DNA of 63,472 bases, filler included. It is 6 parts of 6 records of this genome, joined end to end, with 100 filler letters (N's around TTAATTAATTAA, not from the genome) between each part and the next. Parts side by side here need not be neighbours in the genome. Positions count along the whole stretch, not along the records: positions 29,066 to 46,728 come from SRR20825010_1221; 5 more parts are not named here. The stretch is one strand, 5' to 3'. Below are positions 30,219 to 39,642 of this stretch, piece after piece. A program made the translations under genes and the position numbers. The notes beneath the pieces are model-generated. The model did not search any database, had not been told where the DNA came from, and saw nothing but the letters and a program-made list of their open reading frames with translations. Within the stretch, counting starts at the first letter, position 1. Every line of letters starts with the position of its first letter.

Positions 30219-30689
30219 TCAAAGCCCGGCATGGCGATGGGCCTCGGCCATGGCGTTTTCCGACTTTATGTCGCGGGTGATCATCGCCGTCATGGTGCGG
30301 GTCACGCCCGGAAGCTGGCTGATCTCCATGCGCAACAGCCGGTCGAGCGAGACCATGTCGGCGGCCATGATATGCAGCAGGTAATCGGCCTCGCCTGTGG
30401 TGGCGTGGGCGCGGCGCACCAGTGGATGGGCGCGGACAGCGCGCTCGAACGGCTCGAACATCTCCGGGCGGATCGAGACCTGCACCAGCGCCTCGATCCC
30501 GAACCCCATGCCAGCCGGATCGATCGCCGCGAAATAGCCGCGGATCAGCCCCGCCTCCTCCAGCGCCTTGACCCGGTTCCAGCACGGCGTCTTGGAAAGA
30601 CCGACGGTCTCGGCCAGCTCTGCGAACGATATCCGGGCATTGCGCTCCAATAGCCCGATGATCTTGCGATCGACTGAATTGATAGTCAT
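30219..30689 (-). CDS. Lrp/AsnC family transcriptional regulator
   Basis: DRKIIGLLERNARISFAELAETVGLSKTPCWNRVKALE; TGEADYLL; divergent from the TDO-family gene. Confidence 0.9.
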   Translation of the reverse strand: MTINSVDRKIIGLLERNARISFAELAETVGLSKTPCWNRVKALEEAGLIRGYFAAIDPAGMGFGIEALVQVSIRPEMFEPFERAVRAHPLVRRAHATTGEADYLLHIMAADMVSLDRLLRMEISQLPGVTRTMTAMITRDIKSENAMAEAHRHAGL

Positions 30690-30815
30690 TCGTTTCGCCT
30701 CATTGCCGATTTTGCGGACATCGTACCGAAAATTCGGCCATGCGGGCAAGCTCAGAAACAATGTTTGCGGGAAAAGCCGATAGACTGGACGAACAGCAAC
30801 CCGCAGGACACAAGC

Positions 30816-31562
30816 ATGGACAAGCAGCCCTATCACGACCGCATCGAAAACCCCCTGATGCTCGATTATGGCGTCTATCTCAATGTCGAGCAGCTGCTCG
30901 CCTGTCAGAAGCCGCTGGCGGAGATGGCGAATGCCGATGAATTGCAGTTCCAGATCGTCCATCAGGTCGAGGAGCTCTGGATGAAGCTGATCGCCTATAC
31001 GCTGGTCGATGTGATGGACTACATCGAAAACGAGGACACCAACCGGGTGGTGACACTGATGGGCCGGGTGCACCGGCTGATGAAATTGATGACGGCGCAG
31101 CTCGACGTGCTGGAAACCATGTCGCCCAAGGAATACCAGCAGATCCGGTTGCAGCTCGGCAACGGCTCTGGCCAGGAATCGCCCGGTTTCAAGCTGCTTC
31201 TAAGGCTACCGCCCGATCTCTGGCAGATGTACAAGACCCATTACCTGACCGGCATGGGCCTTTCCGTCGCCGATATCTATGACGGCAAATACGACCATGG
31301 CGACAGCTATGTCGTGGCCGAGGCGCTGGTGGAATTCGACGAGCTGTTCCAGAAATTCCGCGCCCACCACCTCTACCTGATCCACCGCTCGATCGGGCTC
31401 GGCTCGAAATCGCTGAAGGGCCGGCCCGTGGACCTGCTGCAAGCCGGCGCGCGCTATCGCTTCTTTCCCGAACTCTGGGACATCCGCTGCGACATGACCG
31501 ATGCCTGGGGCGCCAGCTACGGCGTTGTGCGCGAGCCGATCAGCGGGAAGGATAGGGGGTAG
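30816..31562 (+). CDS. Tryptophan 2,3-dioxygenase superfamily heme enzyme (non-canonical)
   Basis: Y..YL...LL..Q, DELQFQIVHQVEELWMKL, GSGQESPGF, FRAHH, FFPELW; lacks the GTGGS loop. Confidence 0.8.
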   Translation: MDKQPYHDRIENPLMLDYGVYLNVEQLLACQKPLAEMANADELQFQIVHQVEELWMKLIAYTLVDVMDYIENEDTNRVVTLMGRVHRLMKLMTAQLDVLETMSPKEYQQIRLQLGNGSGQESPGFKLLLRLPPDLWQMYKTHYLTGMGLSVADIYDGKYDHGDSYVVAEALVEFDELFQKFRAHHLYLIHRSIGLGSKSLKGRPVDLLQAGARYRFFPELWDIRCDMTDAWGASYGVVREPISGKDRG

Positions 31563-31581
31563 CGGGGCTCCTCCTCAACAA

Positions 31582-31622
31582 TCTCTCCCCTTGAGGGAAA
31601 GATGCCCCGACAGAGAGAGGTG
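31582..31622. repeat. Possible degenerate Rhizobiales-type intergenic palindromic element
   Basis: CTCTCCCCTTGAGGGAAAGATGCC...GAGAGAGG between convergent genes; single copy in this window. Confidence 0.3.
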
Positions 31623-31697
31623 AAGCCTTTCGAAGGGCACGGTATTGGCGGCTTACTCTACTACCCTGCTCTGTCGCTCTCGCGAGCCGGAAAACGA

Positions 31698-32654
31698 CTA
31701 CGCTGCGGGAGCCTTGGCCTTGCGGCGGCGTCTGATGCGCGCGCCGAGTATCCCTTCGGGCCGCACCAGCAGGATGACGCAGAGCATGACGCCGATGGCG
31801 ACGATCTGCAACGAGGCGGCGCGGGCCTGCTGATCGGTCGGCACCACGGCGGAAAGCACCGCGCCGGAGCCCGCCCAGATCGCCCAGACCAGCACACTGC
31901 CGAGGATCGCCCCGCGATTGCTGCCGGAGCCGCCGACGATCAGCATCACCCAGACCTGGAATGTCAGCGTCGGCAGATAGTTTTCCGGCGCGATGAAGCC
32001 GATGAAATGGGCCTGGACGGCGCCGGCAAGCCCCATCACCGCACCGCCGATGGCAAAGGCCTGGACGCGGTAGAAACGTGCGCTCTTGCCAAGCGAGACC
32101 GCCGCCGTCTCATCTTCCCTGAGCGCTCTCAACACTCTGCCCCACGGGCTTTTCGACAGGTGTTCGAGCGCCAGATAGCAAACCAGCGTCACCAGCACGA
32201 TCACGCCGAGCATCGCCATGTTGAACCGGAACGGCGTGGAGGCGAGTTCGCCGAAGGGCCGCGGAATGAAACCGATGCCGAACGGACCGCCCGTAACGCT
32301 CCGGGTGTTGAGCGCGACGAGCTGAACCACGACCGCCACGCCAAACGTCGTGATCGCCAGATAATCGGCCTTGAGACGGAGCGTTGCAAAACCGGTGATT
32401 GCCGCCGCGATACCGGCGGTTCCCATGGCGGCGAGCCAGCCGGCGACGATCGGCCAGTCGAAACCGCCGAACCGGGCCGGATCGGGCGGGGTCGTCACGA
32501 TCGCGGAGGTATAGGCGCCGATCGCGACGAAGCCGGCAACGCCGACATTGAACAGGCCGGTGAGACCCCATTGCAGGTTCAGCCCGAGCGTGATCAGCGA
32601 GAATATCAGCGCCGCCGTCAGAAAGAATGCACCGTAGCCGAGAAGGTCGATCAT
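31698..32654 (-). CDS. Branched-chain amino acid-type ABC permease (LivM-like)
   Basis: LGLNLQWGLTGLFNVG, RLKADYLAITT, SPWGRVLRALREDE. Confidence 0.9.
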   Translation of the reverse strand: MIDLLGYGAFFLTAALIFSLITLGLNLQWGLTGLFNVGVAGFVAIGAYTSAIVTTPPDPARFGGFDWPIVAGWLAAMGTAGIAAAITGFATLRLKADYLAITTFGVAVVVQLVALNTRSVTGGPFGIGFIPRPFGELASTPFRFNMAMLGVIVLVTLVCYLALEHLSKSPWGRVLRALREDETAAVSLGKSARFYRVQAFAIGGAVMGLAGAVQAHFIGFIAPENYLPTLTFQVWVMLIVGGSGSNRGAILGSVLVWAIWAGSGAVLSAVVPTDQQARAASLQIVAIGVMLCVILLVRPEGILGARIRRRRKAKAPAA

Positions 32655-33559
32655 CGTTCCTTCACTCCGAAGAGGCCGGTCGGCCGTACGAACAGCACCG
32701 CCATCAGGATGACGAACGACACCGCCGCCCGCCATTCTGCGCCGATCAACTGCACGGCGGCGGCCTCGCTGAGGCCGATGATCAGACCGCCGAGGACTGC
32801 GCCCGGCACGCTGCCGATGCCGCCGAGAATCGCGGCCGCGAACATCGGAAGCAGCATGTCGAAGCCCATCAGCGGCCGGATCTGTACCAGAATGCCGATC
32901 ATCACGCCGGCAACGCAGGCAAGCGCGCCGCCGGTCATCCAGGTGATCCGCACGACATTGCGGACGTCGATGCCGACCACTTTCGCAAGCGCCGGGTTCT
33001 GGCTGACGGCGCGCATCGACCGGCCGGCATGGGTGCGGGTCATCATCAGATGCACGGCCGTGACCAGAATGACCGTCAGCACCAGAAGCGCGATCTGGTC
33101 GGGCGTTATGCGCAGGCCGAAGCCGATCGGCATGGCGATCTGGATCGCCCGGCTGAAATAGGCGGGCCGGGCGGTGAACAGAAACTCGAGCAGATTGCGA
33201 AGCGCCATCGATGCACCGAAGCTCGCCATCACCACGATGATCATCTGGCCGCGCGCCCTGAGCCGTGAAAACAGCACCTTGTCGAGCGCGATCGCCATCA
33301 GCCCGATCAGCGCCATGGAAATTGCCAGCGACACGATCAGCGGCCAGCCGAAGGAAAGCGGCGCGATCGGCGCAACCTTGCCGATCAGCGCCCCGATGAC
33401 GCCGAGAACGGTGAGCGTCGCGTAGGAACCCCAGGCCATCAGGTCGCCATGGGAAAAGTTGGAAAACCGCAGGATCGAATAGGTCAGCGTCACGCCGATC
33501 GCGCCAAGGCCGATCATGGCGCCGCTCAGCGCGCCGTCGATGATGAATTGCGGGTTCAT
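32651..33559 (-). CDS. Branched-chain amino acid-type ABC permease (LivH-like)
   Basis: AIGVTLTYSILRFSNFSHGD, GRSMRAVSQN, ILGGIGS. Confidence 0.9.
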   Translation of the reverse strand: MNPQFIIDGALSGAMIGLGAIGVTLTYSILRFSNFSHGDLMAWGSYATLTVLGVIGALIGKVAPIAPLSFGWPLIVSLAISMALIGLMAIALDKVLFSRLRARGQMIIVVMASFGASMALRNLLEFLFTARPAYFSRAIQIAMPIGFGLRITPDQIALLVLTVILVTAVHLMMTRTHAGRSMRAVSQNPALAKVVGIDVRNVVRITWMTGGALACVAGVMIGILVQIRPLMGFDMLLPMFAAAILGGIGSVPGAVLGGLIIGLSEAAAVQLIGAEWRAAVSFVILMAVLFVRPTGLFGVKER

Positions 33560-34299
33560 GCCGGGCTCCCGTCGGTTTTGCCGCGCTGGCCGAGATAGAG
33601 TTCGGCGACCACCGGATCGTCCCAGAGCTCGGACGCGACGCCTTCGTGGCGATCCCGGCCCTCGACCAGCACATAGGCGCGATCGCCGATGGCAAGGGCG
33701 GCGCGGGCATTCTGTTCCACCAGCAGGATGGTGACGCCATGGGTGCGGATTTCCGACAGCATCTCGAAGACCATGGAGACGAATTTCGGCGAAAGACCCG
33801 CCGACGGCTCGTCGAGCACCAGCAGTTTTGGCCGCACGATCAGCGCGCGGGCAACCGCCAGCATCTGCCGCTGACCGCCGGAAAGATTGCCGGCCGCGGT
33901 GCGCCGCCGCGCCGAAAGGTCGGGAAAGATATCGTAGATTTCGCGAATGCCGGCCGCGATATCCTTCTTCTGCAGAATGGCGGCGGCGACTTTCAGATTG
34001 TCCTCGATGCTCATCAGCGGAAAGATGTTTTCGGTCTGCGGCACGAAGGCGAGCCCCCGGCGCACCATCGCATGGGCGGGGACAGTGGTGATATCCTCCC
34101 CCGCCAGATGAACGCTGCCGCCGCTTGTCGGCACCAGGCCGGCGATCGCCTTGATGAAGCTCGACTTGCCCGCCCCGTTGGGACCGAGCACGACGACAAT
34201 CTCGCCTTCGTCGACGCGGATCGACGCCCCGCGCACGATCGGCACACCGGGTTCATAACCGGCGACCAGCCCCCGGACCTCCAGCACGGGCGCGGTCAT
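33556..34299 (-). CDS. ABC ATP-binding protein (LivF-like)
   Basis: GPNGAGKS, LSGGQRQMLA, LDEPSAGL, LVEQN. Confidence 0.9.
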   Translation of the reverse strand: MTAPVLEVRGLVAGYEPGVPIVRGASIRVDEGEIVVVLGPNGAGKSSFIKAIAGLVPTSGGSVHLAGEDITTVPAHAMVRRGLAFVPQTENIFPLMSIEDNLKVAAAILQKKDIAAGIREIYDIFPDLSARRRTAAGNLSGGQRQMLAVARALIVRPKLLVLDEPSAGLSPKFVSMVFEMLSEIRTHGVTILLVEQNARAALAIGDRAYVLVEGRDRHEGVASELWDDPVVAELYLGQRGKTDGSPA

Positions 34300-35090
34300 G
34301 CGGCGCCTCCGAGATAGGCTTCGATCACGCGGGGATCGCGGGCGACCTCGTCGGGACGGCCCTCGCACAGAAGCTCGCCGCCCGCCATCACCAGAACACG
34401 GCCGCACAGCCGGCTCACCATGTCGATATTGTGCTCGATCAGCAGGAACGAGATGCCGCGCCGGTTGATGTCGCGGATCCGGTCGATGATGACCTCCAGC
34501 AGCGTGGCGTTGACGCCCGCCGCCGGCTCGTCGAGCAGCATGATCGAGGGATCGGCCATCAACACGCGGGCAAGCTCCAGAAGCTTGCGCTGGCCGCCGG
34601 ACAGCACCCGGGCGGGCTCGTTTTCGAGATGGGACAGCGTCACGAACGCGATCAGTTCACGGGCCTTCTCGCGCGCCCGCCGCTCCTCGGCGGCGACCCT
34701 GCGGGGCCTGACGAAATTGGCGATCACGCCCTCCCCGGCCTGCCCCTGGCGGGCGAGCATGACGTTGTCGATCAGGCTCAGTTCGGGAAACGGCCGGGGG
34801 ATCTGGAAAGTGCGGCCGAGACCGTGACCGATGCGGCGCCAGGCGCTCTGGCCGGCGACCTCGCGGCCATGGATCGCGATACTGCCCGACGACGGTTTCT
34901 GGCTGCCGGCGACCAGATCGAACATCGTGGTCTTGCCGGCGCCGTTCGGGCCGATCAGACCGAGAATCTCGCCCTTTTCCAGGGCGAACGAAACGTCGTT
35001 CACCGCCATCAGCCCGCCATAGTTCTTCGATGCGCGGCTGACCGTCAGCACATGTTCCGGCCCGGCCGGACCGCCCGTTTCGTCCATCAT
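34296..35090 (-). CDS. ABC ATP-binding protein (LivG-like)
   Basis: [38 protein letters not shown]. Confidence 0.9.
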   Translation of the reverse strand: MMDETGGPAGPEHVLTVSRASKNYGGLMAVNDVSFALEKGEILGLIGPNGAGKTTMFDLVAGSQKPSSGSIAIHGREVAGQSAWRRIGHGLGRTFQIPRPFPELSLIDNVMLARQGQAGEGVIANFVRPRRVAAEERRAREKARELIAFVTLSHLENEPARVLSGGQRKLLELARVLMADPSIMLLDEPAAGVNATLLEVIIDRIRDINRRGISFLLIEHNIDMVSRLCGRVLVMAGGELLCEGRPDEVARDPRVIEAYLGGAA

Positions 35091-35113
35091 TCCCCATGCC
35101 CGTTTTGAGCTTT

Positions 35114-35144
35114 TTTGATCTGTGATCACACTTGTTTTGATCAC
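35114..35144. promoter_or_regulatory. Putative GntR operator (TGTGATCACA palindrome with flanking TTTGATC sites)
   Basis: Perfect 10-bp palindrome at 35121-35130 in the divergent ABC/gntR promoter; related sites at 40282 and 45467. Confidence 0.5.
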
Positions 35145-35192
35145 GATATTCAGGTTTAAATATTCCCGCAACAAAAAATGCAGGCGGGGACA

Positions 35193-35939
35193 ATGAAACA
35201 AAGCCGTGCAAAAGCCGAAGCCGACGCGCAGACCTTGCGGCTCCTGCCGGTCGAGCGGGAAACGGTGCAGGACCGTGTCTACAAGGAATTGCGCCGTGCG
35301 CTGATCGGCGGCATGTTCGAGCCGGGACAGGTGCTGACCATACGCGGCCTCGCCGATGCGATGATGACCAGCACCATGCCGGTGCGCGAAGCGCTCGGCC
35401 GGCTGGTCAGCGAAAAGGCGCTCGAGGCGCTGCCGCAGCGCTCCGTGCGGGTTCCCCCGGTCACGATCGAACGGGTCGAGGATCTGCTCAAAACCCGCAT
35501 CCTGATCGAAGGCGAGGCCATAGCCCTTGCCTGCGCAAGGATGAGCGAGCGCGACATCGCCGGCCTGAACGCCATTCTCTGCGAATGGGACGATGTTCAC
35601 GTGCTGACGGAACCGAGCGATTTCGACCGCGAGGCGACGCTCAACCAGAAATTCCACTTCGCGATCTACCGCTGCAGCGGGTCCTCTGTTCTGCTGCCGA
35701 TGATCGAGAGCCTGTGGCTGCAATCCGCCCCCTGCACCCGCTATGCGACCTACGCCTTTTCGCGCGCCATCAAGGACCGGGTCAGCCCCGAAGTCGACTT
35801 TTACCACCGCGCGATGGTGACCGCCCTTGAAAAGCGCGATCCGGACGCGGCGCGGGCGGCGCTGGTCACCGATATCAGCCGCCCCTTCACCTTCCTGCGC
35901 GAGCAGCTGTTGAAATCCGAGACCACGAGCAAACCATGA
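35193..35939 (+). CDS. GntR (FCD) family regulator
   Basis: TVQDRVYKELRRAL, TSTMPVREAL HTH, NQKFHF. Confidence 0.9.
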   Translation: MKQSRAKAEADAQTLRLLPVERETVQDRVYKELRRALIGGMFEPGQVLTIRGLADAMMTSTMPVREALGRLVSEKALEALPQRSVRVPPVTIERVEDLLKTRILIEGEAIALACARMSERDIAGLNAILCEWDDVHVLTEPSDFDREATLNQKFHFAIYRCSGSSVLLPMIESLWLQSAPCTRYATYAFSRAIKDRVSPEVDFYHRAMVTALEKRDPDAARAALVTDISRPFTFLREQLLKSETTSKP

Positions 35940-36424
35940 CCGAACGTATGATCCATATCCGCGAGACCGTTTCCGGCCTCGATATCAAGGCCGCCCTTCT
36001 GTTCGACAAGGCGCCCGCAAACGCCGCCTTCTTCTGGGCGTATCTCGCCGCAGAACGCAGCGTCGGCGGCATGCATGCGATGTGGACCGGGCCGGAAATC
36101 TCCTGCCCGATCCCGGCCGCCCATCTGAGGGACGCTGCCTATGCACAACCGCTGCCTCCGGAAAATGCAACGCTCAACCCGCAACCCGGCGATATCGTGC
36201 TGAGCTATGTCCCGGCCAGGATGTGGGGCGGCAATCCGGACCCGATCTTCGATATCGGCCTGTTTTATGGCCCCGGCGCGCGGCTGCTGTTTCCGATCGG
36301 CTGGCTTGCCGGAAGCGTGGTGGCGAAAGTGCCGGCCGAAGCGCTTGAAGGCTTTGCCGCCGCCTGCGGCACGATCCGCCGCAACGGCGCCTGCGAGGTG
36401 GCGTTTTCAAGGAGCGGCGGATGA
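35936..36424 (+). CDS. DUF3830-family (cyclophilin-like fold) protein
   Basis: AP, HAMWTGPEI, ENAT..P.PGDI; ATGA-coupled to gntR. Confidence 0.65.
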   Translation: MTERMIHIRETVSGLDIKAALLFDKAPANAAFFWAYLAAERSVGGMHAMWTGPEISCPIPAAHLRDAAYAQPLPPENATLNPQPGDIVLSYVPARMWGGNPDPIFDIGLFYGPGARLLFPIGWLAGSVVAKVPAEALEGFAAACGTIRRNGACEVAFSRSGG

Positions 36425-36768
36425 GCGACGACAGTTTCGAACTCTACGACCTGAGAGTCGAGGCGGTGATGCCGGAAGGCGGGCCGGTCTATTGCGGCGC
36501 GAAGCCGGGCGATCATTTCGAACTGCGCGGCGAAATGCTGCATCTGCCGGAGGGTCAGGGCTTCTCGATCTACTCGATCGCGGCCGTGCTGCCGCTGCTT
36601 GCCGCCAAGCAGCGCGACACCCACAGGAATGACTGGATGACCTCCGACGCCGAGATCGCCTGCCCGGATCCCAATTGCGCGAGCCGCCTGAGGATAATCC
36701 GGCTCAAGCGCCGCAGCTTCAGCCACGCGGCGACCACGGCGGTACCGCTTCCCAAGGATGATAGATGA
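36421..36768 (+). CDS. TIGR04076-family small Cys-containing protein
   Basis: FELYDLRVE, YCGAKPGDHF, LPLLAAKQR, NDWM, ACPDPNC. Confidence 0.7.
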   Translation: MSDDSFELYDLRVEAVMPEGGPVYCGAKPGDHFELRGEMLHLPEGQGFSIYSIAAVLPLLAAKQRDTHRNDWMTSDAEIACPDPNCASRLRIIRLKRRSFSHAATTAVPLPKDDR

Positions 36769-37820
36769 CCATGAAACATTTCGAGCTCGCGCCCGGCTAC
36801 ACCATTCCGCGCGTCATTCGCGGCGGCTGGCAGCTTGCCGGCGGCCATGGCGCGATCGACCGCGACGCCGCGGTCGACAATCTGGTCGCCGCTTTCGATG
36901 CCGGCATCACCACCTATGACTGCGCCGATATCTATACCGGCGTCGAAGACCTGATCGGTGCCGCGCGGCTGAAGCTTCGGCGGGAACGCGGCGAGGCGGC
37001 GGCGGCCCGCATGCAGGTTCATACCAAGCTGGTGCCCGACCTCGACATATTGCCGACAATCAGCCGCGCCTATATCCGCGGCATCGTCGACCAGTCGCTC
37101 GGCCGGCTGAAGATGGATCGGCTGGACCTCGTCCAGTTTCACTGGTGGGATTATTCGATTGCCGGCTATCTCGATGCCATGCACTGGCTCAAGGAACTGA
37201 AAGGCGAAGGCAAGGTGCGCAATATCGGCACCACCAATTTCGATACCCCGCATCTCGCCGAAATCATCGAAAGCGGTATCCCGCTGGTGAGCCAGCAATT
37301 GCAGTATTCGGTGCTCGACCAGCGCCCTGCCGGGCCGCTCGCGACACTTGCTGCGGAGAAGGATTTCCGGTTCCTGTGCTATGGTTCGGTGGCCGGCGGC
37401 TTCCTGTCGGACCGCTGGCTCGGCGCGGCGGAGCCCGCTGAGGCGCTCGAGAACCGTTCGCTCGTCAAGTACAAGCTGATCATCGACGATCTCGGCGGCT
37501 GGGGCTATTTCCAGTCGCTGCTTGAAACGCTGCGCAAGGTCGCCGACCGACACGACACCGATATCGCCACCATCGCCAGCACCTTCGTGCTGACCCGACC
37601 GCGCGTCGCCGCCGTGATCGTCGGCGCCCGCGACCGCGCCCATGCCGAGGCCAATGCGAAGATCATGGAAATCACGCTCGCCGATCGTGATGTTGCGGAG
37701 ATCGAGGCGATCATGGCCACGGCAACCCCGCTTGAAGGCGACGTCTACGCGCTGGAGCGCGACCGTAGCGGACGGCACGGCAATATCATGCACTACAACC
37801 TCAATGACGGCCGCGTGTAG
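36765..37820 (+). CDS. Aldo/keto reductase
   Basis: GGWQLAGGHG, DCADIY, HTK, LDLVQFHWW, IGTTNF. Confidence 0.9.
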   Translation: MTMKHFELAPGYTIPRVIRGGWQLAGGHGAIDRDAAVDNLVAAFDAGITTYDCADIYTGVEDLIGAARLKLRRERGEAAAARMQVHTKLVPDLDILPTISRAYIRGIVDQSLGRLKMDRLDLVQFHWWDYSIAGYLDAMHWLKELKGEGKVRNIGTTNFDTPHLAEIIESGIPLVSQQLQYSVLDQRPAGPLATLAAEKDFRFLCYGSVAGGFLSDRWLGAAEPAEALENRSLVKYKLIIDDLGGWGYFQSLLETLRKVADRHDTDIATIASTFVLTRPRVAAVIVGARDRAHAEANAKIMEITLADRDVAEIEAIMATATPLEGDVYALERDRSGRHGNIMHYNLNDGRV

Positions 37821-37914
37821 CAGCCCCCGATACCGGCGGCCAGAGCCTGGCGGCTGCCGGACCAACACAGGCAGAACCGCATATCAAAAGTCCATTCCAT
37901 AAAGGGGAACGACA

Positions 37915-39177
37915 ATGAAAAGGACAATTGCCTATCTTACCACCGCGCTCGGCCTGATCGCGGCCGCGGGCCACTCCCAAGCGGCCGACTGCGACATCAC
38001 CGTCGGCATGGTGATGGAACTGACCGGGCCTGCCGGCGAATACGGCCAGGCCGGGGCCAAATCGGTCGAGATGGCTTTCAACGATATCAACGAGGCCGGC
38101 GGCGTTCGCGGCTGCGACCTCGTCACCGACACCCGCGACAGCCAGAGCCAGGGCAATATCGCCGTCGACGCGGCGACCCAACTGGTGCAGGTCAGGAAGG
38201 TGCCGGTCATCATCGGCGGCATCATCTCGTCGGTCTCGATCCCGATCCTCACCTCCGTCACCGGTCCGGCCAAGGTGGTGCAGGTGTCGCCGGCCTCGTC
38301 CTCGCCGACGCTGACGGCGCTTGGCCGCGACGGCAAGACCAACGGCATCTTCTTCCGCACCATCACCTCGGATGCGCTTCAGGGGGTTGCGGCCGCCAAA
38401 TACGCGATCGATCAGGGCTTCGACACGCTTTCGATCGTCTACGTCAACAATGATTTCGGCGTGAACATGTTCAAGGAATTCTCCCGCGCCTATCAGGCGC
38501 TCGGCGGCGAGATCGTCGCCGAGACGCCCTATAACGAGAAGCAGTCGAGCTATCAGTCGGAAGTGACCGCCGCACTCGAGGGCGACCCGGACGCGCTCTA
38601 TCTGATCAGCTATCCGGTCGACGGCGCGACCATCGCCCGCTCGTGGATCTCGCAGGGCGGTCCGCAGAAATTCCTGCTCAATGACGGCATGAACAGCCCG
38701 GATTTCATCGAATCCGTCGGCGCCGACTATCTCAACGAGGCCTACGGCACGTCGTCGGGCACCAACCCGACCAAATCGACGGAATATTTCAACGCCAATT
38801 ACGAGGCATTTTCCGGCGGCATCGCGCCCACAAATCCGGCCGCGGACCGCTCCTATGACGCCGGCGCGATCGTCGGGCTGGCGATTGCCGCCGCCGGTTC
38901 CGAGGACCCGGCCGCGATCCGCGACGCGATCTACAAGGTGACCGATCCCGAGGGCGAGCCGATCTTCGCCGGCAGGGAAGAGTTCGAAAAGGCGCTGGCG
39001 CTGATCGCGGAGGGCAAGCCGATCCGCTACGAAGGCGTTATCGGACCGGTCAGCTTCGACAAATACGGTGACATCACCGGTCCGTTCCGGCTCTGGAAGA
39101 TCTCCGACGGCACGGTCGAAACCGTGGGTGAAATGACCACCGATGACGTGATGAAGCTGCAGTCCGAACTCGAATAG
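37915..39177 (+). CDS. ABC substrate-binding protein (Leu/Ile/Val-binding family)
   Basis: Signal peptide, LTGP...G, INEAGGVRG, SPASSSP.LT, FFRT..SD..QG. Confidence 0.88.
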   Translation: MKRTIAYLTTALGLIAAAGHSQAADCDITVGMVMELTGPAGEYGQAGAKSVEMAFNDINEAGGVRGCDLVTDTRDSQSQGNIAVDAATQLVQVRKVPVIIGGIISSVSIPILTSVTGPAKVVQVSPASSSPTLTALGRDGKTNGIFFRTITSDALQGVAAAKYAIDQGFDTLSIVYVNNDFGVNMFKEFSRAYQALGGEIVAETPYNEKQSSYQSEVTAALEGDPDALYLISYPVDGATIARSWISQGGPQKFLLNDGMNSPDFIESVGADYLNEAYGTSSGTNPTKSTEYFNANYEAFSGGIAPTNPAADRSYDAGAIVGLAIAAAGSEDPAAIRDAIYKVTDPEGEPIFAGREEFEKALALIAEGKPIRYEGVIGPVSFDKYGDITGPFRLWKISDGTVETVGEMTTDDVMKLQSELE

Positions 39178-39201
39178 TTCGAGGGCAATCTGCTGCTGTG
39201 G

Positions 39202-39229
39202 AGGGTGTCGGAAATCCGGCGCCCTTTTT
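39202..39229 (+). terminator. Probable intrinsic terminator
   Basis: AGGGTGTCGG-AAAT-CCGGCGCCCT stem (with G-U pairs) followed by a T run, just after the binding-protein stop. Confidence 0.6.
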
Positions 39230-39251
39230 CGTTTGCGGGGTCGACCAGAAA

Positions 39252-39298
39252 GGCAGGTAAAAAACTGCCCTTTACACGCAGGTAAATACCTGCATAAT
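39252..39298 (+). promoter_or_regulatory. Tandem inverted-repeat operators overlapping the arsR promoter
   Basis: GGCAGGTAAAAAACTGCC and GCAGGTA-AA-TACCTGC around TTTACA (39271) and CATAAT (39293). Confidence 0.6.
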
Positions 39299-39321
39299 GG
39301 CATTTGTTGAAAGTGAGACCC

Positions 39322-39642
39322 ATGGATACCGATACCGTCTTCAAGGCGCTGGCCGATCCGACACGCCGCAAACTGCTCGATCTTCTATGCGAGCGGAACG
39401 GCCAGACCCTCGGCCAGCTCTGCGAAAACCTCGACATGACCCGCCAGTCGGCCACCCAGCATCTCGGTCTGCTGGAAAGCGCCAATCTCGTCACCAGCGT
39501 CCGGCGCGGACGGGAGAAGCTGCATTTCATCAACCCGGTTCCGCTCTACGAAGTCTACGAGCGGTGGGTTCGCAAATTCGAACACCAGCGGCTCGGCCTG
39601 CTGAATGACCTCAAGACAGAACTCGAAGGAGACAGCAAATGA
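39322..39642 (+). CDS. ArsR/SmtB family regulator
   Basis: VFKALADPTRRKLLD, MTRQSATQHL..LE.ANLV, GREKLH. Confidence 0.9.
   Translation: MDTDTVFKALADPTRRKLLDLLCERNGQTLGQLCENLDMTRQSATQHLGLLESANLVTSVRRGREKLHFINPVPLYEVYERWVRKFEHQRLGLLNDLKTELEGDSK

Noticed and set aside
30816-31562. Assigning the symbol kynA
   Set aside because: The GTGGS loop is absent and no kynurenine pathway genes are adjacent.
31602-33161. Long antisense ORFs (519 aa here; also 36570-37868, 37801-39303, 40021-41685, 47507-48946, 52017-53357)
   Set aside because: They are shadows of well-supported genes in high-GC DNA and have no recognisable motifs.
31698-33740. 680-aa ORF as a fused permease
   Set aside because: The N-terminal half overlaps the LivH- and LivF-like genes in another frame; the real start is the coupled ATG at 32654.
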